Shown here: piece by piece, positions 24,609 to 36,959 of the stretch
Numbering within the stretch: the first letter of the stretch is position 1
How the letters are laid out: each line of letters opens with the position of its first letter
Notes under the pieces: generated by a model
Seen by the model: the letters and a program-made list of their open reading frames with translations, nothing else
What the model was told of the DNA's origin: nothing
The model's database searches: none
Made by a program: the position numbers and the translations under genes
Source: Octopus sinensis
Lineage: Eukaryota
DNA length: 64,000 bases
Assembly: GCF_006345805.1 (NCBI RefSeq)
Contig: NC_043002.1
Span: forward strand, 992,001 to 1,056,000
Direction of reading: 5' to 3'

Positions 24609-26598
24609 TCTATTTTGTTGTTAGTTTGTGGGAAGAAAAGGTTGGCAGTGGTTGTCACGATTACAACAGTAAAATTAGTGAGTATCAATCACTTCAGCAG
24701 CAAAATCAATCAATAAAATGCTGTTTATATTCTAAACTTATGTTTTAGTTTATTGTTTTACAATTTGTTTTAAGCAATATTTTGCAATAAAACATTTCAC
24801 AGACTGTTTTGATAGAACGGCAGGTTTAGGAATATGTAATGTCTCTTGGCATCATTTCATAGGAATATTTTGATTTGATCCTATTTTATCATAGCATTGG
24901 AATTCTCTGTAGATAACTGATTCCTAAAGTTCATATTTCTTCAGTTCCTCAGAGGCCTTAAGAAATGTTACTCAATAGTTAGCTCTTAGAAAATATGAAG
25001 CAAAATTTATCAAGTTTATCTGTATTATTCTTTATCCAAACAATTTTTTCCAATGTAAAAATTCCAAAAGATATTTCCTTAAAGCTTATCCAAGATTAGC
25101 CATTCTCTATTGAAAGACCTGTTTTAGAATATTTATAATATTAAAGAGAAATATTACTTTTGATTAAACTAGAAAATAAAAATAATTTATCTTTGGTTGC
25201 TTTAAATATTTTAAAGTCATTGAATTAAAGTGTTACCATTTCTATTATTTAGAGTTCTTTGATTAAAACTTGAAATGGTATTTGGCTTCAAGTTGGTCCT
25301 CTGATTCCTTACAAAGTGGATAAGTTTATCTTGAAAATTAACAAAACCTTATTAAATGTCTGGAATAGAATGTTATTTGCAAATTCTTTGTCTCCACACA
25401 CAATCCAAAAACTGTGTTCTCTTTTTGTTCATACTGCTGACAAGTGTAGAAAATTTCCCCCCAAGAACAGTATTAGACCTAGTTGTGTCCCTACTCTCCC
25501 CTCTTATCTCTGTACTCAGAAGATGAGCTCTGCCCTCACCAAACTGTTTAATGGGTTCTCTCTAAAGTTATCTGTTTAAATCTTTGCAAACACACAACAA
25601 TAATTCCTTTCCTGCAGAACGACAATCTCTTTGATTTTGCCAACTAAATAACCACTCGTCTCACTGTCAAAGTCTTGAAAGTAACCGACTGTAAACGATC
25701 CCCTCTGTTTGTTATCATCATTTTTTTCCTCTTTTCACTGATGCCATTATTGTTTTGGCAAACCAACATCTTCTGCTCTACATCGTCCATAATGGTCACT
25801 CATCCAGGATAATGTTGTTGAAAACATTCTCATCCCTAAGACAAGACATTTACTGTCAGGTTTATCCGGCAGGGTGTGTCCTCTAATGAGATTAGTCATG
25901 CTTCCCTCACTCTTCTGTGCAATTTTACTTCCACTGAAACACAATCATGCTAACGGTATGACCTTCCACTCCATGATTAGCTTTTACTTTTGGTCATTAT
26001 TTATCTGCAACTTAGATCCCTCACATCAGACTTGTGCATGTTCCCTGAACAAACACCTTATAAATATTTACAAATGTGAACCAGAGCAGTTGCTCTTTTG
26101 TAGTATAGAAGACACTGTTGAGTGTTTACATAGGTTTAAGTAGTTAAGTCATAAATAGGGAAAGATTGTTTCAACATCACCAAGAATAATTACTGTGTAC
26201 GTTGGTGGCGTACAAGATGTGCTTTTTTATTCTTAAATGTAACAAAATATTGTCATGAATCTAATGTGACCATATTACGGTTGCTGTTCCGAGTGTGTGT
26301 GTGTGTGTGTGATGAAACATATTAAATTTCTTTTTTTCATAAAATATACTTGTAAAGTTGGGGTGTCTCTCATAGACTGGAAAATATGGTATATATCAAG
26401 GTAGTACACAATACCTGGTTGTCTTTGTTCATCAACAACTCATAATTAAAACCTTGCATGATATTAGTCAACCTAGGATTGTAGGCCCTGCTTCTAGATT
26501 TTGGACTTGTGCTTCTATTCCATGGATTCTGTGAGATGAAAGAAATCAACTGTTGGGCAATTGGATGTTGAGGATTTATATCTAACATCACAAACTTT

Positions 26599-27180
26599 TC
26601 ATCATCATCATTGTTCGACCGTGGTCGAGACAATGGAATTTACTATGTTACGCCAGACTTCACAGTCCATCATAGCATTATGGAGGCCCTGTTGCTGGAT
26701 GCCTGTATCCCTAGAGATTACATCATGGTAGGAGAGTGTGCACCCTCTGGTATCACGAGCAGAGGGCTTCCAGAGGAGAAGAGTAGAAATTTCCACGTTT
26801 TCAGCTCAACAACAATGTCCAGCAAACTGAACTCTTCTACCTTTCACAAGAGATGATACAGGTGGTAATTTCCAATATATTTGTACTTTGGTTGGATGAC
26901 GCTTCCACGAGAAATTTTGAGCTGTTATAAGGAGGCGAGTGTAGGTTCCATCCAGCTGCCTCTCAAGCTTCTTTGATAACGTCCAGGTTTCTGAGCCATA
27001 TACTAGAATTGGTTCGACTGTGGCTTTGAAGATTTCAAGTTTGAAATTTCTACTTAAATTTGATGACCAGATCTTATGCATATCATTACAAGCTGGCCAG
27101 GCCATACCCTTTCTAGTTAGAAAATCTTTTTCTGATGATGATATGTATGACCCAAGATATTTGTAATCAGAAACCATATT
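26599..27180 (-). mobile_element. RTE-clade LINE 3' end (5'-truncated) with (GAT)n tail
   Basis: ORF 26806-27177 reads DYKYLGSYISSSEKDFLTRKGMAW...FKATVEPILVYGSETWTL...RRVQFAGHC, the C-terminal RT region. The repeat tail appears as CATCATCAT on + near 26600. Confidence 0.92.
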
Positions 27181-27499
27181 TTAATGCAATAAGCCTATCA
27201 ATCATTCTACTTAATTTGCATATTTGCTTAAGAATTGTGACATATTTTTTGTTGATTGACTGAATCTGAAATATAATCAAAACACAAAATTGTAAATCAA
27301 CTGAAACCTTTGTTGATAAAACAATTTTTGGAAACAATCCAAAATTTGTTGTTAATTTTACTCATGTCTTCATAATTCCTATTCTGAAAAAGAAATGTCT
27401 TCAAATTATATATATATGGGAATATATTTGTCAATCTGAATCACTTTAATGTAAAAATATCTTCACATTGTTTTTACTTTAACTACCATGTAAAAATCA

Positions 27500-27672
27500 C
27501 TTGGTACATTTTGTAAAGCGGTTGGTGTAAGGAAGAAAGGCATCGGCCAACCATTCCAGAGCAGACAGTTGAGCTTAGCACAGTCTTCTGACTTGCCAGT
27601 TCCAGTCAAACCATCCAACCTATGCCAATATGGAAAAAGGACATTAAATGTTGATGATGATGATGATGATGG
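27500..27672 (+). mobile_element. SINE/RTE 3' tail fragment
   Basis: GGTTGGTGTAAGGAAGAAAGGCATCGGCC...CAAACCATCCAACCTATGCCAATATGGAAAAAGGACATTAAATG followed by (GAT)n. Confidence 0.75.
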
Positions 27673-28529
27673 CTGAACCACCAATATTTCCTTAATTTTG
27701 GTTGTTTTATTTCTTTTCTAAGCATCTCTGCATAATACTTGTTGAAGAATGTTTAGATGGCTTGCACATTAATTATGAAATAATCACACACATTCCATAT
27801 ATCTGATTAGTCATAACAAAATCATTTCTTAATTGAACCAGATTTTCTGCAAAGAAGTAAACAAAAATATGCTCAGATAAAAAATAGTTTTCAAAAAAAT
27901 TGCCTGCAAATGTTTATGGTTTGCATCTGGCTTCAGCTGTTGGTTTGTTTAGTGTGGAACATATTCTTTGAATAGTTTTCCATCAGTAATATCACTTTCA
28001 GTTTTCATTGGAATGAATTTGGGTTGATTGAAGATTGATTTAGTGAAATTTGAAAATAATTTATAGAAAACAATCAAACACATAAACTGGAGTTTATTTT
28101 GCTTTCAAAGTGATCATTTGTTGTTCTTTTTTGTTGTTAGGCTCTCTTGGAACAAATAAAGTTGCTTATAGAGAAGGAGAATTAGCAACTTTTCCAATGG
28201 ATTATTCTTTGAATTCAACATTTTTGTATTCTTGTTAAATTGGCCATATTTCTTAAGTTAAAAATAATTTTGCCATTGTAGTGACTTAGTTAAACCAGTG
28301 GCCCATAGAAGCAGCTGCGCCATGAATCTATTGATTTCTAGTAGTGGAGATCTATAATAAAGTATACAACTTTTCAATACTAAGCTAAGAATCTGATATT
28401 GATTTTTGTCACAAATCGTTCTTATATACCAACATCGTTTGCTGCTAACCTAATTGTTTATTTCAATATGGTTTCACTTTGCATTTGTGAACCTTCATAT
28501 ATATATATATACTGAGTTTATTTTGCTTG

Positions 28530-28975
28530 TAGTTATATGGTACTATAGAAGACTATTGTTATGTGGTACCATAGAAGACTGTCATTGTTATGTGGTACCA
28601 TAGAAGACTGTCATTGTTATGTGGTACCATAGAAGACTGTCATTGTTATGTGGTACCATAGAAGACTGTCATTGTTATGTGGTACCATAGAAGACTGTTA
28701 TTATTATGTGATACCATAGGAGACTGTCATTGTTATGTGGTACCATAGAAGACTGTCATTGTTATGTGGTACCATAGAAGACTGTCATTGTTATGTGGTA
28801 CCATAGAAGACTGTCATTACTATGTGATACCATAGGAGACTGTCATTGTTATGTGGTACCATAGAAGACTGTCATTATGTGGTACCATATGAGACTGTTA
28901 TTGTTTTGTAGTACCACAGAAGACTGTAATTTTTATGTGGTTCCATGGAAGACTGTCATTGTTATGTGGGAGTGT
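28530..28975. repeat. Minisatellite, about 15 x 29 bp (GTTATGTGGTACCATAGAAGACTGTCATT)
   Basis: Period is 29 (ATGTGGTACC at 28561, 28590, 28619). Central units are homogeneous and the edges degenerate. Confidence 0.95.
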
Positions 28976-29189
28976 TGTCATTATAGTATAATAATGATAA
29001 ACATGTTGTTTCTATTCTGATTAACTAGTGAAGTCTTTATGTCACTATTTCACATTTTTCTTTTCATTTTTATCAAAACAATTTATTGAAGGTAAGCAGG
29101 ATTATTAAGCTGAGGTGCCAACAAATATGAAATATTACAAAAAGTATGTGTCCTACCATTTGTGGTTGGTCTTTTATTTTTTATTATTG

Positions 29190-29500
29190 TCATCATCATT
29201 TGAAGTCTGCTTTCTATCCTGGTATGGGTTGGACGGTTTGATAATAATTGCCTGGGTTTGAAAACTGCATTCTACTCCAATGTCAGCTTTGGCAGGATTT
29301 CTATGGCTGGATGCCCTTCCTAATGTGGCAACCACTTAGCAGAGTGTACTGGGTGCTTTTGTCATTCCACCATCACTAGTGAGGTTGCCATAAAACTTGC
29401 AAGACTATGAACCCTGATAGAGTTGGTGGGGTGGTGGGGTTGGTCTTCTAGGAGATGAGAAGAACAAGATGGTGGGTGCCGACCAGGTTCTTGTAGAGGA
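29190..29500 (-). mobile_element. SINE/RTE 3' tail fragment
   Basis: CATCATCAT...GGTATGGGTTGGACGGTTTGA...TTTCTATGGCTGGATGCCCTTCCTAATG. Confidence 0.8.
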
Positions 29501-29537
29501 GCTTGCATGGTTACATTATTATTATTATTAATTTCAA

Positions 29538-29760
29538 AGGTGGTCAGCTGGTAGAATCATAAGCAAGCTGGGCAAAATGCTTTGCGGTATTTCATCCGTT
29601 TTTCATGTTCTGAGTTCAAATTCTGTGAAGGTCAGCTTTGCCTTTCACCTTTTCAGGGTCAATTAAATAAGTACCAGTTACGCAGTGGGGTTGATGTAAT
29701 TGACTTGCTCCCTTCCCCCAAATTTGAGGCCTTGTGATTCCAGTAGAAAGGATTATTATT
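29538..29760 (+). mobile_element. tRNA-derived SINE, family A, full length
   Basis: AAGGTGGTCAGCTGGTAGAATC...GAGTTCAAATTC...AAATAAGTACCAGTT...GGGGTTGATGTAATTGACTT...CAGTAGAAAGGATTATTATT. Confidence 0.88.
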
Positions 29761-30830
29761 TTAATTTGTTGCTAAAGATTTATTTTCAATCTTAATCGAT
29801 AACAAAAGTAACAATCGAATTCATTCAAAGATGTCAAAGATGGACATTTGATATTGTTTTGATGGTGTTACTAACATACGCTATTGATAATCTCAGCTTT
29901 GTCTTCCTAATTATCACTGATGTGCTTTAGTAATTATCATCATCATCATTATTATTATTATTGAGATAAATGAATTTGGCTTGGTTCCAACACTTATACT
30001 GAAAAGTGAATGGCAAAATTACAAAAGAAAATGATACTCAATAAATTTCTAAATAATTTTTATAGATCAGTGAAGATAAACATCTTACTATATCTAGAAG
30101 TTAGATATTGCTAATTTACATTAAGCTGCCTGATAAACAAGACTGTTCTGCTTTATTTAACTGTGACTAGGTTAGATTATATTAAACTAGAATTACAAGC
30201 TGTGATCAATTTAATGGTGCTGATCAGTAAAATAATAAATGCTAATCAGGAAGGCGGGGTACCAGTTTATGGGGTTACGACAATTTGAAGTATTTTCATC
30301 AAAGACATCATTTAATTGACAACAATAAGATTAACTTTTACATCACAAACACAGCAATCACAACATACACACATGCACACACATTAATCTTGTAGAATAT
30401 AATCTGTACCATTCTGATACAACGAGATTAGCTTATCAGCAATTGTTATGAAAGTCATTTCCTACTTTAGTGTCTTATTTTAATGTTGAATTGTTACCTT
30501 GCTATCCTGCTTTTCTTATTCAAATCAACTCCACATATTTAATCATGTTGTTAGCTGCTCTGGAATATACTTTGTTTTGGTAGTCAAAGGGTGGTTGTTG
30601 TTGTTGTTTGAAGTAAATTAAAGATTTCTTCATTCTAGTCTCTAACTATTTCGACACTTCAATAAACCATACTTTTCATACAGTCATACTTTATTCTATT
30701 TCTTATTCTTTTTCCCCCATATTCTTTATCGAGATGTTAATATCTTATACTATTTGTTATAATGTCTCAGAAATATCTTTACTACATGTAAACCAAAAAT
30801 CTAATTAGATTTTAATTATATATACTCCTA

Positions 30831-31045
30831 AAGGCAGTGAGCTGGGTGAAATGTTTAACAGTATTCAATCCTTCTTTACATTCTGGGTTAAAACTTTACC
30901 AGGGTCAACTTTGCCTTTCGTCCTTTTGGAGTTGATGAAACAAGTCCCTGTTGAGCCCTGGGGTCAATGTAATTGACTTATCTCCTCCTCCTCCTCTTCC
31001 TCCCCTAAGACTGCTGACCTTGTGCCAAAATTTGGAACTAATTAT
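30831..31045 (+). mobile_element. tRNA-derived SINE, family A, degenerate
   Basis: AAGGCAGTGAGCTGG...GGTCAACTTTGCCTTTCGTCC...GGGGTCAATGTAATTGACTT...CCTTGTGCCAAAATTTG. Confidence 0.8.
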
Positions 31046-31704
31046 ATTTACTATCCTCTCCATGTCAAATATTCCCCCTCTGCAAAGAGGTTGACTAGAG
31101 AGTAGAAGTGTGGGGTTGTGAGTTTATCAAGGACATGGTTACCTCTCTAATGCTGGAGCCCAGTCCACTCTGTAACATGGCTGGTGTTAAAAAGTGGATC
31201 CAGCTATAGAAACCAAGACCTAAAAGGAAATGGGAGTGAGATGAGATCCCCTAATTTGTCCAGGGGAAGAAAATCCTTTGAATTCTTACTAGCTCTGTCT
31301 GCTGATTCACCCAACCAACGCCAACATGGAAATTGATGTAAAATGTTGCTGATGATGATAATGATGATGATGGTTATTGAAAGGGTAAAAGTGTTCCTTG
31401 ATGAACCTAGGAAAACAAACTGAAGCCATTGAATTTAATAATCAATTTGAATAATAAAAAGTTGGCATTTGATGGAAATTGATGTGTGTAACCATTTGTT
31501 TTAGTCCTCTACTGCTTGTAGTATAATGTGTGTGTGTGTGGGGGGGGGGGGGGCTAATGAGAAAAAAAAATTCATTGTAAGAAGTAAAAATCTTTGGTGA
31601 AAGACAATTGAAACTGCTTGTTGTATCAAGAGAATTCTCTTAAGAATGACAGGTGAAAAAAATAATTTAAGATATTTGTTTTAGTTTTCATGAAAGAATG
31701 ATGG

Positions 31705-32050
31705 GTACATCTGTGGTTAAGGAGCTTGCTTCCCATCTATGTGGTCTTGGGTTCATTTCCAGGGCTTGGGTAAATGTATTCTACAATAGCCCTGGCCAAA
31801 CCAAAGCCTTGTGAGTGGATTTGGTTGATGGAAACTGAAAGAATCCCATCATGTGTGTGGATACTCTTCTGTTGACATCATACAACAGTTACAAATGGGC
31901 ATCACCATGTTGTTCATTTTCAAGCTTTCATGGAAAATATATCTGAGAAAGAAATTCCCTTGTTTGGAAACAGGTGAAGGTTGGTGACAGGAAGAGTGCC
32001 CAGTCACAGAAAATCTGCCTCAACCAAATTCCATCTGACTGATGCAAGAA
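31705..32050 (+). mobile_element. tRNA-derived SINE, family B
   Basis: GGTTAAGGAGCTTGCTTCCC...GGGTTCATTTCC (B-box-like)...CCAAAGCCTTGTGAGTGGATTTGGTTGATGGAAACTGAAAG...GGTTGGTGACAGGAAG. Confidence 0.8.
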
Positions 32051-34931
32051 ATTTAGTCTGTACAAACAGAAAAGCACTCGCTTAAGGGTACGAGTGTGTC
32101 AGTCATTAAGGGTGCATATATGTCGTCAGCCAATTGATTGAACAGCTGAATTTTGATAGTGGAACCCAACAGTTTTACCACCTGACTCAGTCAACTGTGG
32201 ATTCACCATATAAAGGGGATGCTGACATCTTCCTTGTAAAATCTTTCAAATCATTTCCTTCTTATCTTTTTAATCCATTCATTTTATTCTGGATTTCAAA
32301 TGTTTGTGTTTCCAGATAAAAGTTTCTTCTCTAACGTCTGATTATTAAATATATTTGTCATTGTTTTTATATCAATCATCAAGCATTAAGCTACAAGTTC
32401 TTTCTCTTCTAGGGATAGAACTTGTAAAATATCTCCACAAGTAATATGTAATTTCATTTAACCATAGTTCCAATTAAGGATACCTGAATCGATTCACAAC
32501 CAATTCCACATGTATCAACAGAGGAACATCAGTGAAATAATCTGTCACTGGCTTCGATTTTCTTTCTTACCCACATCTTCAATGTACATCTTTTTCTTTA
32601 TCCTCCCATTTTGGCACAAGATGCTGCTGTCTCTTCCTTGTACTTGTAAGGAATACTGTGTTTAACAATAGTTTAATTTCCTGAAACCCTGCTCACCCAT
32701 AGCTACCCTCCCACCCTTATTTCCTTATCTTCAGTATAACACAATCATTCATGCGGGAAATTAAATTCTTCTACCAAAGTGTGTTTATATTATTTTTTCA
32801 GCATTCAAAGAATGAAAATAAATCTTTACCTCAGCAATACTAATGAATAGTAGCCAACTACAATAGTGTCACTTGTATAAATACCAAATACATTGAAGCT
32901 TTGCTTTTTTTTTTCTTTTGTAGAACTAAATATAAACTTTTGAAATCTTCAAGATAGATGATAATCACAAATGAAAACTGTTACCCAAACTGGAATGTAA
33001 TTTTCACTGTACAATATTTTGCCATCCTAAAGTTAGAAATTTAGATGACAAACCCAACCTAAGAAGCATCAGTGATAACCCCGGTCCCCGTATCAAAAGA
33101 GAGTTTCTTCTTAAACTGCAAAAAAAAAAAAAAGTGAGTTTAAAGAGAAAAGGATGTGGCAATTTCACCTTATTCTTAGAAATCACATGTAGGCTGTTAT
33201 ACATTTTTTTGGGGTAATATGAAGTATCAAAGTCTTTTAGTACCAATTTAAAATCTGGTTAGTAATATTCTATGGTACAGTATCTCAGTGAAGGATTTAT
33301 ACTGCTTTAAAAGGAAATGGGTTAATGAAAGTATACATAATTATAAAAAGAGTGTGTTAAACGGTAACTGTGACCACTATGACACAATTATGATGATATA
33401 AGATATGCTAGATGCATTTTGGCCTAAATGGGCCTTTTCTCAGTGCTGTATGTACATTATGATACAAAGATGGTTATATTGTTAAGAGTCTGCTATAGCA
33501 TGTGGAGCATCAAATGAAAAAAACTAAGTTAAAGCAACCGGTATGGTCTGAGCTGACCAACGAAGGCCAAAATCCACTCCTCCAGAAGCCATTTTAGATT
33601 TCTTTTAGATTCTCTTTACTCTGGCTTCTTATATCTGATAATGTAGATGTGTTCTTTACCCATGAAACTTTGTGGAGCTAAGTCAAACTGTTATTAAATA
33701 TGTGTGTGTGTGTGTGTGTGTTTGAGTGAATGCTTGCATTCTGTGTGCTTCACATAAAAAATTTCTGAGCTTTAAGTGGTGAAGTATATTATTATTATTT
33801 TCTTCTTAACAAATTCTCCGCTGGATCAGCACTTTGAAAGGCATCTAAAATGAAAGATCCATTTTTTGAAAAACAGTTAAGGGTTAGTGACAGGAAGGGG
33901 ATCCAACCATAAAACAATGCCTCAATAATATACGTCTAACCTTATGCTAGCAGGGGCAAAATGGATGTAAACATGAATGAATAAGTATGTACATATATAA
34001 GTATTCTAAAGAACTGAGAATCAGCATCAAATGTGAGATGGCAGTGGTGTCTATGGGTGAGCAGATTGTCCCAGAAGCTTCTTTGTAGGAGAAAAGTGTA
34101 GAAATGCATCACTGGAAGTGGTTATATACGTGTGTGTGTGTATATATATTTATATATACACAGACATGACTTACTGACAAAATGCCAGACCCATCCTCAG
34201 CCTTTGTACTCCAGGATATACAATTCCCCATCTTTGTCCCCAATTGAGTGTAATCCACCTAGTTTTATTGGTGTCTTTTTTCCTCTTCTGTCAGTCTCTC
34301 AAACCAATGCTACCATTTCACTAAAATTGTTATCTAATTCTCTGTCTCAGTTGCCTGCTCTCTCTTCCTGCTGTTTAAAACAAATCTATTCTTTCATTGT
34401 TTTCAAACTCATTTAACATGAACACACAATCAATCCTCTTTACAAAGTTGTAATCAAGGAAATATTAAGAATTATATTTACATAATTTACTTCCCTCACC
34501 AATAAAAACACATCATTTCTGAGTAGTTCTATTTGTGTCATGTAACCAAAATGTCCACATCCATCAACTGAAAAAGTTGTTATTGTAATTAACATTTATA
34601 AATAAACCTCCTTCAGTCTGTAGACACAATATTCAGATAAGAAGTTTATGCATTAACATAAACTTGTTAAAATTTATCATGCATATGAATTTCATTATTG
34701 AAAGAAAACTTCATTTGAATTAGTAAATTCTCTTGTGTATCTAAATTCAAGGTATATTCCATAAAAAGTTGTTTGTTGTATTGAGAGAGAAATGGGCAAA
34801 AGTGAAAGTAGAAAACTTGCAGTGATTTGCAGACTGAACAAATGTGTGTTTTTTATAGTTTTTTTTTTATTAGAAATGACAAATCTAAAAAAAACAATAT
34901 ATACATACACACACACACACACACACACATA

Positions 34932-35465
34932 GATCATCATTGTTTAACGTCCGCTTTCCATGCTAGCATGGGTTGGACGACTTTGACTGAGGGCTGGTGA
35001 ACCAGATGACTGCACTAGGCTCCAATCTTGATCTAGCAGAGTTTCTACAGCTGGATGCCCTTCCTAATGCCAACCACTCTGAGAGTGTAGTGCGTGCTTT
35101 TTACGTGCCACCGGCACAGGGCCAGTCAAGCGATAGTGGCAATGACCTTACTCGAATCTTTTTACACATGCCACCGTCACAGGGTGCCAGTAAGGTAACG
35201 TTGGTAACAATCACGCTTGAATGGTGCCCTTGTACATGCCACCGGCACGGAGCCAGTTGGCTGCTCTGGCAACGATCATGCTCGGATGGTGCTCTTGGCA
35301 CGGGCTCAAGTGCCAGTAAGGCAATGCTGGTAAAGATCACACTCGAATGGTGCCCTTTTATGTGCCACTGGCACGAAAGCCGGTCAGCCGCTCTGTCAAC
35401 GATCACCCCCGTATGGTGCTCTTTGTACCCCGCTAGCACGGATGCCAGTCATCGAATTTGATTTT
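34932..35465 (-). mobile_element. SINE/RTE-tail repeat with internal tandem array
   Basis: (CAT)n GTTTAACGTCCGCTTTCCATGCTAGCATGGGTTGGACG...CTGGATGCCCTTCCTAATGCCAACC, then about 5 diverged units of about 65-70 bp, mostly containing TGCCACCGGCAC-like cores. Confidence 0.88.
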
Positions 35466-35489
35466 CATTTTGATTTGGATTTGTTTATA

Positions 35490-35920
35490 TATATGTTTAT
35501 ATATTCGTTTTGCAAGATTCTTGATGTGTATTCGTGTGTTGAAATGGATATTGTTGTATTTGAGGATGATCATGTTGCCAGTTTAGCCAATAAAAACATA
35601 CACACTATATATTTGGTGTTTCACTTCAGCCTTATTTTATATTAATCGTATTTCGGTCAGTTCTTTCATCACACTTCTGTGACCTCATCAGTGGTCCTTC
35701 GCTTTCTTTCTTTTTTTGTGTGTCTCTCCTTACTAATGATCAAGGAGACACAAAAAGGAAAGAAGAAAGCAAAGGACCACTGATGAGGTCACAGAAGTGT
35801 GACGAAAGAACTGAACGAAATACGATTAATATAAAATAAGGCTGAAGTGAAACACCAAATATATAGTGTGTATGTTTTTATTGGCTAAACTGGCAACATG
35901 ATCATCCTCAAATACAACAA
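35490..35920. repeat. Inverted duplication (arms about 180 bp) of a repeat carrying a hammerhead-like core; Penelope-like terminal repeat candidate
   Basis: 35551-35731 is the reverse complement of 35742-35920, with few mismatches and small central indels. A related single copy lies at about 52690-52885. Confidence 0.9.
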
Positions 35921-35927
35921 ATATATA

Positions 35928-36180
35928 TCATCATCATCATCGTTTAACGTCCGTTCTCCATGCTAGCATGGGTTGGACGGTTCGACCGGGGATCTGGGAA
36001 GCCAGAAGGCTGCACCAGGCTCCAGTCTTATCTGGCAATGTTTCTACAGCTGGATGCCCTTCCTAATGCCAACTACTCTGTGAGTGTAGTGGGTGCTTTT
36101 TACGTGCCACCTGCACAGGTGCCAGGCGAGGCTGGCAACGGCCACGGTCGGATTGGTGTATTTTATGTGCCACCGGCATA
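35928..36180 (-). mobile_element. SINE/RTE 3' tail
   Basis: (CAT)n CGTTTAACGTCCGTTCTCCATGCTAGCATGGGTTGGACGG...CTGGATGCCCTTCCTAATGCCAAC. Confidence 0.9.
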
Positions 36181-36959
36181 TATATGATAACGAACAAACT
36201 ACAATTATTTTACTAGAAACATTCACCCAAATACAAAAGACAGATGCTGCTAGTGATTGTATTTTTCTGAATTCTGCAACTTCCATGTGGTGCTGTTTTT
36301 CTTTTTTATCCCCTCTTTGTGATTCTGTGGTTCCTGTATACGGTGATGTTGGTTCCTCATTAAGTTGCTGTGATGATTAGCATGAGTAATTTTGGCCGTA
36401 TTGTAGACGGAATAATTATTATAAGAGGAGTAGTAGGAGGAGAAATTGATGATGTTCACTCATCAGATCCATTATTACTAGAGTAGAGCATATGATGAAG
36501 AGATGACCTTACTGGAGATCGAGAAGCTGGTGAGGTTGACTCATTGGCAACATCATTAGGATTAACAGATGTTCTTGGGAAATGTTTTGTCAGTTGATGC
36601 TCCAGTTTTTTCCTTTGTGTTTAATGTTGACTGTGTTTCTGTTAGTATGAGTCAGTTGCCGATGCAAGCTCCTTTTTTTCTTCCCTTATTTTAAATATAA
36701 TCATGAAAAACTATGGTATTGCAACAAACAGATGAGTTATACGTTTTCCAATTAGCTGAAGGGGTTGTAATTCATCTTTGGCCATGTCTTATGTGAGGAG
36801 GGGAACTCTTCACTTATTTACCAAGAATCGGATCACTAACAAGGAGTGGACTATTAGAGTAGCATTAAACTAAAATATGTCTAGTTTTGCTCTCATAATT
36901 ATGGCAGCTGAGTGATTAGTGCCCTGGTCAGAAGAGTGGGTGTTAGGAAGATGAGTTGG

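Noticed and set aside
24625-24677. Possible 53-nt exon (TTGTTAG...GTGAGT)
   Set aside because: The open frames (LWEEKVGSG..., CGKKRLAVV...) do not resemble WDR37 or any protein I recognise.
25855-25900. IRQG(V)CPL resembling the LINE RT motif GVRQGCPLSP
   Set aside because: It needs a frameshift and no flanking RT motifs were found; too weak to call.
28530-28975. 29-bp repeat array as a CRISPR array
   Set aside because: The units are contiguous with no unique spacers, there are no cas genes, and the context is eukaryotic. It is a minisatellite.
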